Part shown: piece by piece, positions 51,031 to 62,618 of the stretch
How positions within the stretch are numbered: the stretch's first letter is position 1
Layout of the letters: every line of letters begins with the position of its first letter
Assembly (NCBI GenBank): GCA_000004695.1
Contig: CM000154.2
Location: forward strand, 1,408,001 to 1,472,000
Length of the DNA: 64,000 bases
DNA from: Dictyostelium discoideum
Lineage: Eukaryota
Direction of reading: 5' to 3'
Program-made: the position numbers and the translations under genes
Notes under the pieces: generated by a model
Told to the model about the DNA's origin: nothing
The model's database searches: none
The model's input: the letters and a program-made list of their open reading frames with translations, nothing else

Positions 51031-51572
51031 CTTTATCTGTTTTTTAAAAGTGAAATGAAAAAAATTTTAATATATAACACTAGTAAACAATATATTATGG
51101 GTCATAAAAATTTTTTTTTTTTTTTTTTTTTCGTTTTTCGTTTTTTCATTTTTTTTTTTTTTTTGACAATTTACAAAATAAATTACCGGTCTATTGTTGT
51201 CAATCCAGACCAATAGTAATTTCAATTGTAATTAATTATAATAAATATAACAATTATAATTATAATTTCAATTCTAAACTCTTTGTAACCTGGTTTATTT
51301 ACTTTTTTTTTTTTTTTTTTTTTTTGATACTACAACAACAACTTTACAAATTTACAATTTAATTTAAAAATTCCTTTAAATATGTTATAATATATAAATT
51401 TTTTTTTTTTTTTATTATTTTTTTTTTTTATTTTTTTTTTATAATGTTACAATGAACAATTTTTATTATATTTTTATATTTTATTTATTTTTTATTATTA
51501 TTTAATTAAAAATTGTTTTCTTATTCTTTTTAATCTTTGCTACTATTGCTTTTTTTTTTTTTATGTATTAAA

Positions 51573-51730
51573 TTAATCTTTTTTATTTTGTGCAGCACGA
51601 TCACCACCATAAAGCATTTTCTTATTTTCATATTCTTCTTGGGTTATAGTTTGATGTTTATTGAATGCATTTGATCTAATTTCTTCCATATCTTTTCCGT
51701 TACCTTTATCAGTACCAATGATTTTAGAAC

Positions 51731-51769
<39 letters not shown>

Positions 51770-51921
51770 AAAAATAAAAAATTAATAAATAAATAGAGAA
51801 ATAAATTTTTTTAAAAAAAGTATTAAGACATACCCCCAACGAGTATCTTTTTCGCTAATATCATTCTAATTAAAATTTTATTATTAGTATGTTTTTATTT
51901 TTTTTTATTTTATTTGTTTTT

Positions 51922-51958
<37 letters not shown>

Positions 51959-52213
51959 TTTTTTTGTTTAAAGGTTAAATATAAATAATAAAGTAAAACT
52001 TACAACGTAATCTGGATCAGTTTCGAAATCATCATCGTCATCGACTTGATTTGCTTTGTTTAAAGTTGCTGGTGCATGAGTAACGGTTTTTTGGTAAACT
52101 ATTTTGTTTTTGTAGGAAAAAATATTTGTTAGAGGCAATCATTTAATAATTGTTATTTATTATTATTATTATTATTTTATTAAAGAGAAAAATAAATAAT
52201 ACCAACCTGACAT
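51573..52213 (-). CDS. Small acidic protein of about 98 aa. Four exons: 52213..52207, 52098..52004, 51865..51834 and 51729..51573.
   Basis: MS|VYQKTVTHAPATLNKANQVDDDDDFETDPDYV|NDISEKDTRWG|GSKIIGTDKGNGKDMEEIRSNAFNKHQTITQEEYENKKMLYGGDRAAQNKKD. Donors are GTTGGT (weak), GTAAGT and GTATGT. The phases are consistent. The last exon is the track ORF 51573..51839. The first micro-exon is the least certain. The family was not recognised. Confidence 0.5.
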
Positions 52214-52822
52214 TTCTATTGTTTTGTATATATATGAAAAAAAAAAAAAAAAAAATTTAAAAAAAAAAAAGTAGTGTTGTGTGGAATAAAAAAAAAATAT
52301 CTGAAAATTTTGTGGAAATTTTTTTTTTTTTTTTTTTTTTCCATCAGTTTAAATGGGTTGGTGGTTAAAAAACACCAATTTTTATTTTTATTTATTTTTT
52401 TTTTTTACATGTTAATCGCGTGCAATTATATTTGATTTTTTTTTTATATATGTATTGATTTTTTCATATTATATTAATTTTGTTTTTTTTTCTTTTTTTT
52501 TTTTTTTTCTTTTCTTTTTTTTTTTTTGTAAGATTCCTTTGAAAAAACATAAATAATAAAAAATTTAACATTAACAAACAAAAACAAACTAAACCCAATT
52601 TCTTACACAATGAAAGAAAGGGGGTAAAATATAAATTTTTTTTTTTTTTATTTATTTATTATTTTTTTTTTTATTTTTTTTTTATTTTTTTATTTTTAAA
52701 GTTTAATAGTTTATTTATGGAATTTTAGTTTTCTTTTTTTTTTTTTTAATTTAAATTACCAAATAAATAATTTTAAAATATAGTGTTGTTATTATTTATT
52801 TTATGATTTATTTTTATTTTTT

Positions 52823-54575
52823 TTAAATTAAGTCATGTTCTTTTAATAAATCTTCAAGTGAGGAGGCATAATCTTGAACCCATTTTTTACATTGAGCATT
52901 GTATTCTGTAATATTATCACGATAAATTCCAGCTTTTACACTAATGTATATGTAAAAAAAAAAAATAAAAAAAAAATTAAGTTAAGATTTATTTATATTT
53001 TTTTTTCCAAAGAAAAAAAAAAAAAAAAAAATTAAATACTTACACATCTAATGGATCCATTGGATTTGGATTAGATAAAAGTGAATGAATTGAAAGTAAA
53101 ACTTTTTCAGTAGTGATAGCAGCAGACCAGTGGTCTTTTAAAATATCTAAACATATATTACCATCAGTATTGATATTACAATGATAGATACGATTTTCAA
53201 ATCTAACTTTTGGTGGTGCAAATGGATAGATATTTGGAAATTGAACAGAGAGTACGAAATGACCACCTTCATATGGTGTATCAACTACACCTTTCATTAT
53301 AACTTTCCAAACTGAAATATCATTTGGATTTGCATAAAGTGTGAATATTGATGATTTACCATTTTTATTTAATTCTTCAATTGATTTTTGAAAACTGATA
53401 TACTCTCTATAAATTCTTTTACTTGTACCACCAGCACCACTACCATTATTAATATTATTTGAAATTTCATCAAGTTTTTGTTGATCAATTTTTGAAACAC
53501 ATGTTATACCTTTAAGAGCACTATCAACTTTACGAGAGATTGTTTTCAATAAATCACCTTTTAATGATGAAAATTGTTGTTCATTTTCAATTGGGGAAGA
53601 GAATGGAGAGAAGGAATCTCTTTGAGTTGGTATTAATAAAGCTTCACGTTCAAATAGTTCAACACCTTCTTGGGTTGAATTTGCCATGAAACAACTACCA
53701 CCAGTTGCTTTAGTAAGAGTTGATAATGTACTATTATCATCTCTACCAATTGGAATTGCATCCAATATAATATTTAATGGTTTTAAATATTGATAAACAT
53801 TATAAGGATTAATATTTGAGGTATCTTGACCATCAGTTAATAAGAAAATTCTACAACAAACATCTGGTGCTAATTTCTCTTTTGGATTATTTCTATATTT
53901 TTCAATCTCATTTGCTGCATGATAAATTGCTTCATATAATCTTGTAGAACCTTGATTTGCAACAACTTCACCCAATTCTTGTGAAAATGAATCAAAATTT
54001 TTACTAATTTCAAATGCTGTATCAATTTTTTGACCAAATAATACTAAACCAGCAACTACTGGTACTTCAAATGAAACATATTTATCCAACATTGTTTGAA
54101 ATAATGCTTGTGAAACTTCACTTCTATTCATTTCAAGCAAACCTGGTTTTGTTGACCCATTATATGCCACAGCTGTCATTGAACATGAAACATCTAATAC
54201 AATCATATCAATTTGTTTAATTAAAAATTCATTACTATTTGACATTTCAATTTTTTTATATTCCAAATCAATAACATTTTTAGAATTATTAGTAGTAGTG
54301 GTAGTTGTTGTTGTAGTTGTTGTAGTTGTTGGTACTAATTTTGATTGATTAATTAAAATTAATTTTGAATTATCAGGAATTGATAAATCACCAATTGTAT
54401 CGGTTTCAAATAATTCACTATTTTCATATTGTAATTTAAAATTATTATTATTATCTTTGTTTTCCAAATTAACTGCTTTTAAAATTTGATTAATTAATTC
54501 TTGTATTGTTATTTCACTTTTAAATGGAAAATTAATTGTTTTATCAATTGATGGTACTGAAATTATTAAAGTCAT
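52823..54575 (-). CDS. Ubiquitin-like domain, von Willebrand factor A domain and UBC (E2) core fused in one protein of about 549 aa. Exons 54575..53044 and 52940..52823.
   Basis: N-terminus: MTLIISVPSIDKTINFPFKSEITIQELINQILKAVNLENKDNNNNFKLQYENSELFETDTIGDLSIPDNSKLILIN (ubiquitin-like beta-grasp pattern), then a poly-T linker. vWA: MIVLDVSCSMTA...GSTRLYEAIYHA...RIFLLTDGQDTS, with the intact MIDAS residues D-x-S-x-S ... T ... D. UBC core: RIYREYISFQKS...NPNDISVWKVIMKGVVDTPYEGGHFVLSVQFPNIYPFAPPKVRFENRIYHCNINTDGNICLDILKDHWSAAITTEKVLLSIHSLLSNPNPMDPLDV|VKAGIYRDNITEYNAQCKKWVQDYA.... The catalytic Cys (ICLDIL) and the H-x-N of HPN (here HCN) are present. Intron: GT|GTAAGT donor and cattag acceptor, phase 2. 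1650 nt in frame. Confidence 0.75.
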
Positions 54576-54868
54576 ATTTTCTTGTTATTTTTTATTTTTT
54601 ATTTTTTATTTTTTATTTTTTATTTTTTATTTTTTATTTTTTTTTTATTATCTAATTATTTAATGTATATATAAATATTGTTTTGAATTTAAAAATAATT
54701 AAATTAACCATTTTTTTCAACTATTTATACTGAAATTATTTATTAATATATTAAATTTGAAAATAAAAAAAAATCAAGATTTTTTGAAATTCTTAAAAAA
54801 AAAAAAAAACAGTATTAATGACACACTATACAGTCAACATCTGTCACCAAAAATTTTTTTCTCATTTT

Positions 54869-54899
<31 letters not shown>

Positions 54900-54913
54900 G
54901 AATTAAGATAAAC

Positions 54914-55044
<131 letters not shown>

Positions 55045-55357
55045 CTGAGGTGATCACCTTTGTTTTTTTTTTTATATTATATATGAATTATAAAATGGTT
55101 TAATGATGATGAGTGATTATTGATTGATCTATTTATTAAATCCAAGCAAAATAAAAAATCTATTTTTAGAATTTAATTGTTTGGATGTAACAAGACAAGA
55201 CCAAAAAAAAAAAAAAAAAAAGAAAACATTGTTATTTTAAGTTTTGAAATTCTTAAAAAAAAAAAAATTAAGGCAACCAAATTATGGCAATAACCTTTAT
55301 AGTATGCCACATAATTTAATTTTATTATAACTTAAATATTAATTATTATAATTAATA

Positions 55358-55481
55358 TTAGTTTGAGGTATTATTATTATTATTAATATTATTATTTATA
55401 CATTCACCACTATTTTCTAAACTTGTATTATTTGAGTTTATATTATTTTCATTAATATTATTTTCATTAATATTATTATTG

Positions 55482-55567
<86 letters not shown>

Positions 55568-57522
55568 ATTAATATTAATATCTTTTTCAGAGACATTAAA
55601 TTTATAAGAACCAGTTAAAATCTTTAATATATTAATTGCCTCATCAATATCATTTAACCAAATTAATTTATCTTGATAATTATCACAAGAAAGTTTAATT
55701 GATAATGTGTTAACATTTACAGTTGGTGTTGAATTTGTTGTTGTGGTTGTAGTTGTTGGTGTTGAATTTGTAGTTGTTGTAGTTGTTGGTGGTGTTGATG
55801 ATGTTGTATCATTTGTTGAAGATAAATTATTTTGATTATTATTATTATTATTTTGAATATCATTATCATTTAAATAATTAATTGAAATACCAAATTGAAG
55901 TTCTCTTTCAATATCAATAATTTCTAAAATATTTTTTAAAGGAATAATTTTAACCTTTTTTTTAAAGGTACCTTTTTCAAAGATAATTAAAATTTGACTT
56001 AAAAGGTATAAAGTTACAATTACTTTATTACCTTTTTTTTTTAATTTTTTAATTCTATTTGAAGATTTTAAAAATGTTTGATCACGTAATTGTTGTTCAA
56101 TATCTTTTGTACCAATTTCTTTAACAGTTGATTGAATTTTATTATCATTTGCCATTTTACCATTGATATCATTGACGATCTTTTCCATTAATATTAAAGA
56201 ACGTTGGAATATTTTATGATGTTCTTCAGCCTCCAATGAATCATCTTCTGGTGGTAATGCCTTTTTCAACTCTCTTAATAGCAATGGATATTTACAAAGT
56301 CTTTGACATGGTTTAATTAGGAATGATTGTAGATTCAATTGCTTTGAATGTGGTAACGATTTAACATATTGAAAGATTTGATTCACTACATTGTTTCCAT
56401 CGATTAATGAATTCAAAACTTTGATTGAATGATCATGTGTTGATAAATATGAGCCATATCTTTGGAATGCTTTTGAATTGTAAAGAAAGATCTCTTCAAT
56501 ATTGGGATACTGATTCTCATGGTCCAACACTGGTATAATATTCAATAACATTGGGTAAAGGCGTAACGAAACGTAGTAAAGCTCTTCAATATTTGAAAAG
56601 ATTTGATAGATATCATTTGCTGTCATTAATTTATATTTTGACATTTCCAATGCTGCGAAATAATATAAATTAATTATAACCTCCATTTGATCGATATAAT
56701 CTGCTTCAGTTTCAATGATCTCTTTAATCACCTTATTAAATGATGTTGATGAATTAATTGGTGGTAATAATGATTTTCTACTTGGTTTTTGTGATAATTG
56801 AGTGGTGATTGTATATTGTACATTTATCTTTTCGATTAATATAGTCTTTATATCTAATGTATCTCTTCTTAATGTACCTGATATAAATGATGTTTTCTTT
56901 TTATGTGATGATATAAAATTACTAACTGATAATCCATTATTAGGATTAATATTAATTGAAATATTATTAAAACTTGTATCATTTAATGAATTTGTTGATG
57001 TTGTTGTTGTTGATGCTGATGATGATGCTGATGCTAATGATAATGAACTGTTTGAATTATTTGAATTATTTGAATCATCACTATTAAAACTATTAATTAA
57101 ATCATTATTAATATTTTCATTACTATTGATTGTTAAAAATTCATTTGAGACTGAATTTGATGGCGACATTGATGGTGGTGTTGTTGATGGTGTTGGATTT
57201 GCTGATGATGGTGTTGATGGTGATACTGATGTTGGTGTTGTAGATAACGACAAGGATGAAAAATCTTCACCATTTAATTTCATTGATGCTTGTTTTCTTG
57301 TAAAGGTTCTTTGTCTAAGAGTTCTTAAATCTGATGCCGCTATATTTTGAGAATCTTGAATTGGTGCTATAATTGGTGTTTGTTCAATTACTACTGTTGG
57401 TGTATTGGTTATATTTGCTGTTGATAATGATGTTACTGGTATTGGTGATATATCATTTCTTGGTGCAATTTTTGGTCTTGGTGGCTTAGTTGATGTTGGT
57501 GGTAAAGGTTTATTATTATTAC

Positions 57523-57582
<60 letters not shown>

Positions 57583-57873
57583 ATGCTATGGTTTGTGAAG
57601 GTGGAGTTGTTGGTGGTGTTGTTACATTATTATTTATTGTTGTTGTTGTTGTTGCTGTTGTTGCTGTTGTTGATGATGGTGATAAAGTTTGATATTTTAC
57701 ATTTGTTGAATTTATATTTGTTGATGTTTTTGTAGTTGCTATTGTTGGTGGAGTAGTTAAAGTACCACTAGAACTCCATGGTCTCGGTGGTGGTGCAGGT
57801 TTATCATTTGGTGGTGGTATTGGTAAAGTTTTTACAGAATGTGATCCAAGTTTTGAAATATAATTATTATCAC

Positions 57874-57955
<82 letters not shown>

Positions 57956-58348
57956 GTTATTAGTGGTGGTAGTATTTAGTGCTTCATCTGGATTTGGTGG
58001 TACTGGTGAAGTTGGTCTTGATGGTAATTTTGGTAATGGTGAGGGTGGTCTAGTTGGTAATTGACGTCTTGGTGATGGTAATGGTGATAAAATTGTAGGT
58101 GTAGGAGCAGGTGATGGTGATGGTGATGGTGAGCCTGATATATTATTATTATTATTCTTCTTTATTATAGATGTTGGTGATAATGTATTTGGTGATAAAT
58201 TACTTGGTGTATTATTATTGGCACTACCACTATTATTAATGTTATTTATAGTTGATAGTAAAGGTTTTGGTGGTAGAGAGGGTGATGATGATGAAGATGC
58301 TGTTGATGATGATGATGATGGTTGTTGTTCATTATATTTTGAAATCAT
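55358..58348 (-). CDS. RhoGEF (DH-PH) protein, paralogue 2, at least 996 aa in a single exon. A possible extra 5' exon lies at 58756..58493.
   Basis: The track ORF holds a P/S/T/N-rich N-terminus, an LRQRTFTRKQASMKLNGEDFSS motif, and a DH domain (SFNKVIKEIIETEADYIDQMEVIINLYYFAALEMSKYKLMTANDIYQIFSNIEELYYVSLRLYPMLLNIIPVLDHENQYPNIEEIFLYNSKAFQRYGSYL...FLIKPCQRLCKYPLLLRELKKALP...KIVNDINGKMANDNKIQSTVKEIGTKDIE). It then has a PH-like region (NRIKKLKKKGNKVIVTLYLLSQILIIFEKGTFKKKVKIIPL...) and an N/T-rich tail. It is about 75% identical to paralogue 1 across the DH domain. Confidence 0.8.
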
Positions 58349-59412
58349 TGTTGAAACTCCTGAAACTATTAATTAATTTTATTTTTTAATTTATTTTTAA
58401 TTTATTAATTTTAATCATAATGGTTAATTTTTTTTTTTTTTTTTTTTTTTTTTTCCTCAATAATTTTGTTTTTATTTTTTTTATTTTTATTTTTAAAAAT
58501 AATTTCTATACATACATTTCCTTTGAGGTAAAACTTGATGTGTTTGTTGTTGTTGTTGTTGTTGTTGTTGTTGGTTTTTATCAATTTGATTTACAAGAGA
58601 GCCAACACTAAACATTTTTTGGTTAGAATTTTCATTAATAATTTTATTTTTATTTACAAAGGTATTATTATTATTGTTTACCACTGTTGTTGTATTTTTT
58701 GGTGGAGTTAAAAATTGGTGGCTGGGAGATGGATTCGAGGTTGAATTTTTTCTCATTTTTTGATTTTATTTTATTTTTTTTTTTTTTTTTTTTCTTTTTT
58801 GTTTGTCAGAAAGCCTAAAGTATTTATTTTATTTTATATTTTTTAAAAAATGATTGTGATTATTATTATTATTATTATTATTTTTTTTGTTATTATTTTT
58901 TAAAAATTTTATTTTTTTTTGTTATTTTTTTATTTATTATTGATTTTCTTAACCAACATGCCAAGATTAGACTGTGGTGTGTGGGATATTCGATTTTTTT
59001 TTTTTTTTTTTTTTTTTTTTTGGAATGTGTGATTTAAAATTATTTTTTTTTTTTATTTTGTTTTTTTTTTTTATTTTATTTTTTTCTATTTATATATTAT
59101 ATAATATATTGGTAATCTTGAGAAGTGTTTTAAAATTTAGAATCATAAAGATGGATTATTTATAGATGAAAATGTGTGTAACCAAAAACTAGTTTGCAAA
59201 TTATTTTTATTTTTTTTTTTTTTTCCAATTTATTTTTTAATTAAATAATTAATATTAAAAATAAAAAAAAATGAAAATAATGATAGTGGCTATTATAGTT
59301 TTTTAAAAAAAAAAAAAAAAGAAAATTTAAAAACTCTTTTCAATCAAAATTAGACAATCATAAAACAGAATAAAAAAAAAAATAAAAATAAAAATAAAAA
59401 TAAAAATAATTT

Positions 59413-59470
<58 letters not shown>

Positions 59471-59681
59471 CCAATCAAAACAAAACCCTTTTTCCTTTTT
59501 TTTTTTTTTTTTTTCAAATAATTAATTTGATAAAATGGTTTAAATTATAAATCTAATTTTTTTTTTTAAAAAAAAAAAATAAATATAAAAATAAAATAAA
59601 TTAATAAAAATTAAAAATCTATTTAATTCGATTATTATTTTTTTATTATTATTTTTTTTTTTAAAAAAATTTTATATTATT

Positions 59682-60342
59682 TTATTTCTTTTTAAAGAAT
59701 TTTTTATTTTGTCTATGAGAATCAATTGAAGAAGGTATTTCCCTTTTATGGAATGATGGCATTGGAATTTTACGATCATTTGTTCTACCACCACGATCTG
59801 GTACTTTACCAACTAAGACTGAACCAGTTAATAGTTGAGAGGAAGCACTATGAGTACTAGTACGAATGATGTGTAATAAATCTTTATGAACATTTTTTAA
59901 ATCGAAAAATGAGTAATGATTGAGTGATGGTAATGCTTGAATGTAGTATCTAACGGATCTGTTGATCTCTTGAAGTTTGTCAGCGATACGTTCACTCCAA
60001 AGTAAAGATTCCACTGTTACGTCTAATCTTTTTTGAAGTACAATACTTCTTTTCTTATAATCTTGGTATAGAGAATCACTCATTTCTTGAATCTCTTGAA
60101 TTTGCTTCTCTGTAAATTCAGTATTCTTTAAAAATGGTTCACTCATAAAATCACTTGGTAAAAGTTTTAATGTCTCTTTAATCTTTTCATTAATTTGATT
60201 AATTGAATTTGAAAAATTATCAAAATTATTAAATTCAACATTAAATAAATCACTTAGTATTTGAATTTGATTAATTATAAAATCTTCATTATTAATTAAT
60301 TCAATATCTTTCATTTCTTCATCATTATTATTATTCTCATTA

Positions 60343-60397
<55 letters not shown>

Positions 60398-60641
60398 TTT
60401 TTAAAAATAATTCTAATTGAAAAGTTTGTAATTGTAAAAATAAAAATTCAATAAGAGATAATCTATTAAAGTATGAATCTTCAATATTTGTAATTTCTTG
60501 ATAATCACATTCTTTTAATAATTTTTCAAATGGTTCATTTAATTGTTGATTAAATTCTCCAGCTTTTTCAATTTTTTCCATTTTTGTTGGCCATTGAATA
60601 TTATAATAAACTGATAATTCTTTACCAATTGACCAAATTAA

Positions 60642-60675
<34 letters not shown>

Positions 60676-60913
60676 GGTTTGGTTTTTATGAAAGTTAATA
60701 GGGGAGGAAAAAAAAAGAAAAAATTTGGCAAGAATAAAAAAAAAAATAAAAATAAAACACATACTGATAAAGAAAATCGGATTTTCCCTTTTCAATAATA
60801 GATTTAAATGATTGTTCAGTTTGATCATTTATCCAATCACATTCTAATCTTAATAATGATATATCTTCAATAATTCTTTGTAATCTAAAACTTTCAAATG
60901 ATTGTTGTTCCAT
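59682..60913 (-). CDS. FAM98-family (DUF2465) protein with a basic RG-containing C-terminus, about 370 aa. Exons 60913..60765 and 60645..59682.
   Basis: MEQQSFESFRLQRIIEDISLLRLECDWINDQTEQSFKSIIEKGKSDFLYQ|ELIWSIGKELSVYYNIQWPTKMEKIEKAGEFNQQLNEPFEKLLKECDYQEITNIEDSYFNRLSLIEFLFLQLQTFQLELF.... This follows the FAM98 N-domain pattern (L..EL.........EF..L.E...LL.E..C.Y........RL.L..FL...L). The C-terminus reads ...GKVPDRGGRTNDRKIPMPSFHKRE. A CA|GTATGT donor in phase 2 joins to an aaaag acceptor. Confidence 0.55.
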
Positions 60914-60950
60914 TTTTTATTTTTATTTTTTTTTATTACTATTTTTTTAT

Positions 60951-60985
<35 letters not shown>

Positions 60986-62618
60986 AAGAGCACACACCAA
61001 AAATTTGAAAAAAAAAACAAAATAATAATATAATTTTTTTTTTTTTGGAAATTTTTTTTTTAAAAAAAATTTCTTATTTTCACTGTTTCATTTTTGATAA
61101 AAATATAAAAAAAAAACTTAAAAAAAAGGAAAAACTGAATAATAACTGTTTTTTTTAAAACATATGATTTATTCTATGTAAATAATAGTAAATTAATAAC
61201 CTATCATTGAATGAACCCTGATTTTTTTTTTTTATTCAAAATAAAAAAATAAATAAAAAATAAATAAATAAATAAATAAATCACTTTAAAAAAACAGACC
61301 AAAATCTCTTTAAAATAGGGTGTTTTGTTTTTATTTTATGAACAAAAATTTGATATTTATTTTAGGAAAAACACTCAATTCAATAATTCTTTATGAATTT
61401 ATAAAACATTTAAAAATATTTTTAAAAACTACATTTATATCTAATATGTTAAAATAAAATAAAAAAAAAAAAGTTTTCTTTTGTATAATTTATTTATTTT
61501 TATTCATTTTTAATAATTTATTTTTATTTATATATTTTAAATATTAAAATAAAATGAAAAAATCTAAATATAATATTTTTTATAAATAGATATAAAAAAA
61601 TGATTAATTACATTTTTATGATTCGCGATCAAGAAAATATTTTTTTTTTTTAAATTTTCTTACCGAAAAAAGTTTCGGTTTTTTAATTTTTTTTTCTCTA
61701 GAGAAGTTCAGTTTCAAAAAGGCTTTTTATTTTATAAAAAAAAAAAAATTAAAATTTATTTTTTTTTTAATTTTTTTTTTTTAAATTTTTTTTTTTTTTC
61801 AAAAAATCGTCGAGCGGCCTGCGCTACAAAAGAAAATTTTTTCTATTTTTTTATTTTTTTTTTTTTTTAACTCTCGAGTGCAAAAAAAGGTTAGTAATAA
61901 ACTTTTGCTAAATATTTCTATTTTTATTTTTTTATTATTTATTTGTTTTAAAAATATCAATACTATTACCAATATATATTTATATACACACATACCCACA
62001 CACACAACATTAAAAAAAAAAAAAAATAATAAAATAAAAATAAAAAAAAAAAGTGAACATGTCAAGCGATAAAATAAATTTCTCACCTTTTGTGTTAAAG
62101 TGTGTTACAGCGATAGTGAAATAAATAAATAAAAATAATAATAAAATAATAATTAATTTTTTGTTTTTTGTTTTTTTTTTTTGTTTTTGTTTTTATTGAA
62201 TAAAAAAAAAAAAAAATTATAAAAACAATTACTTTTTTATTTTTTGTGTGTGTAAAATTTCCTATAATCGTAATTTCTCAACAATACTTTAGAAAAAAAA
62301 AAAAAAAAATAGTTTCACAAATGTAATTTATATTAAAAAAAAAAAAAAAAAACGAGTTTTCATTTTTTTTTTTTCATCACTCTTACATACACATTTTTTT
62401 TTTTTATTTTGTTATTGCAAACCTTCTCGAACTTTTTTTTTTTCAAAAAATAAAATAAATAAAAATTGTATTCTAATATTTTTTTTTCTTTAATTATTCT
62501 CAAAAAAAAATAATATAAATTTTTTTAAAAAAAAAACATTTAAATTTCTTTTTTACTTTTTTATATATATATATATACACATTTCAATTTTTTTAAAATA
62601 TAATTAGTAAAGTACAAA

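Noticed and set aside
50815-51216. A 133-aa plus-strand ORF over the GC-rich island.
   Set aside because: It is hydrophobic low-complexity and uses atypical codons (GGG, GTG, CGA). It has poly-F ends from oligo(dT). It is better explained as a non-coding RNA locus.
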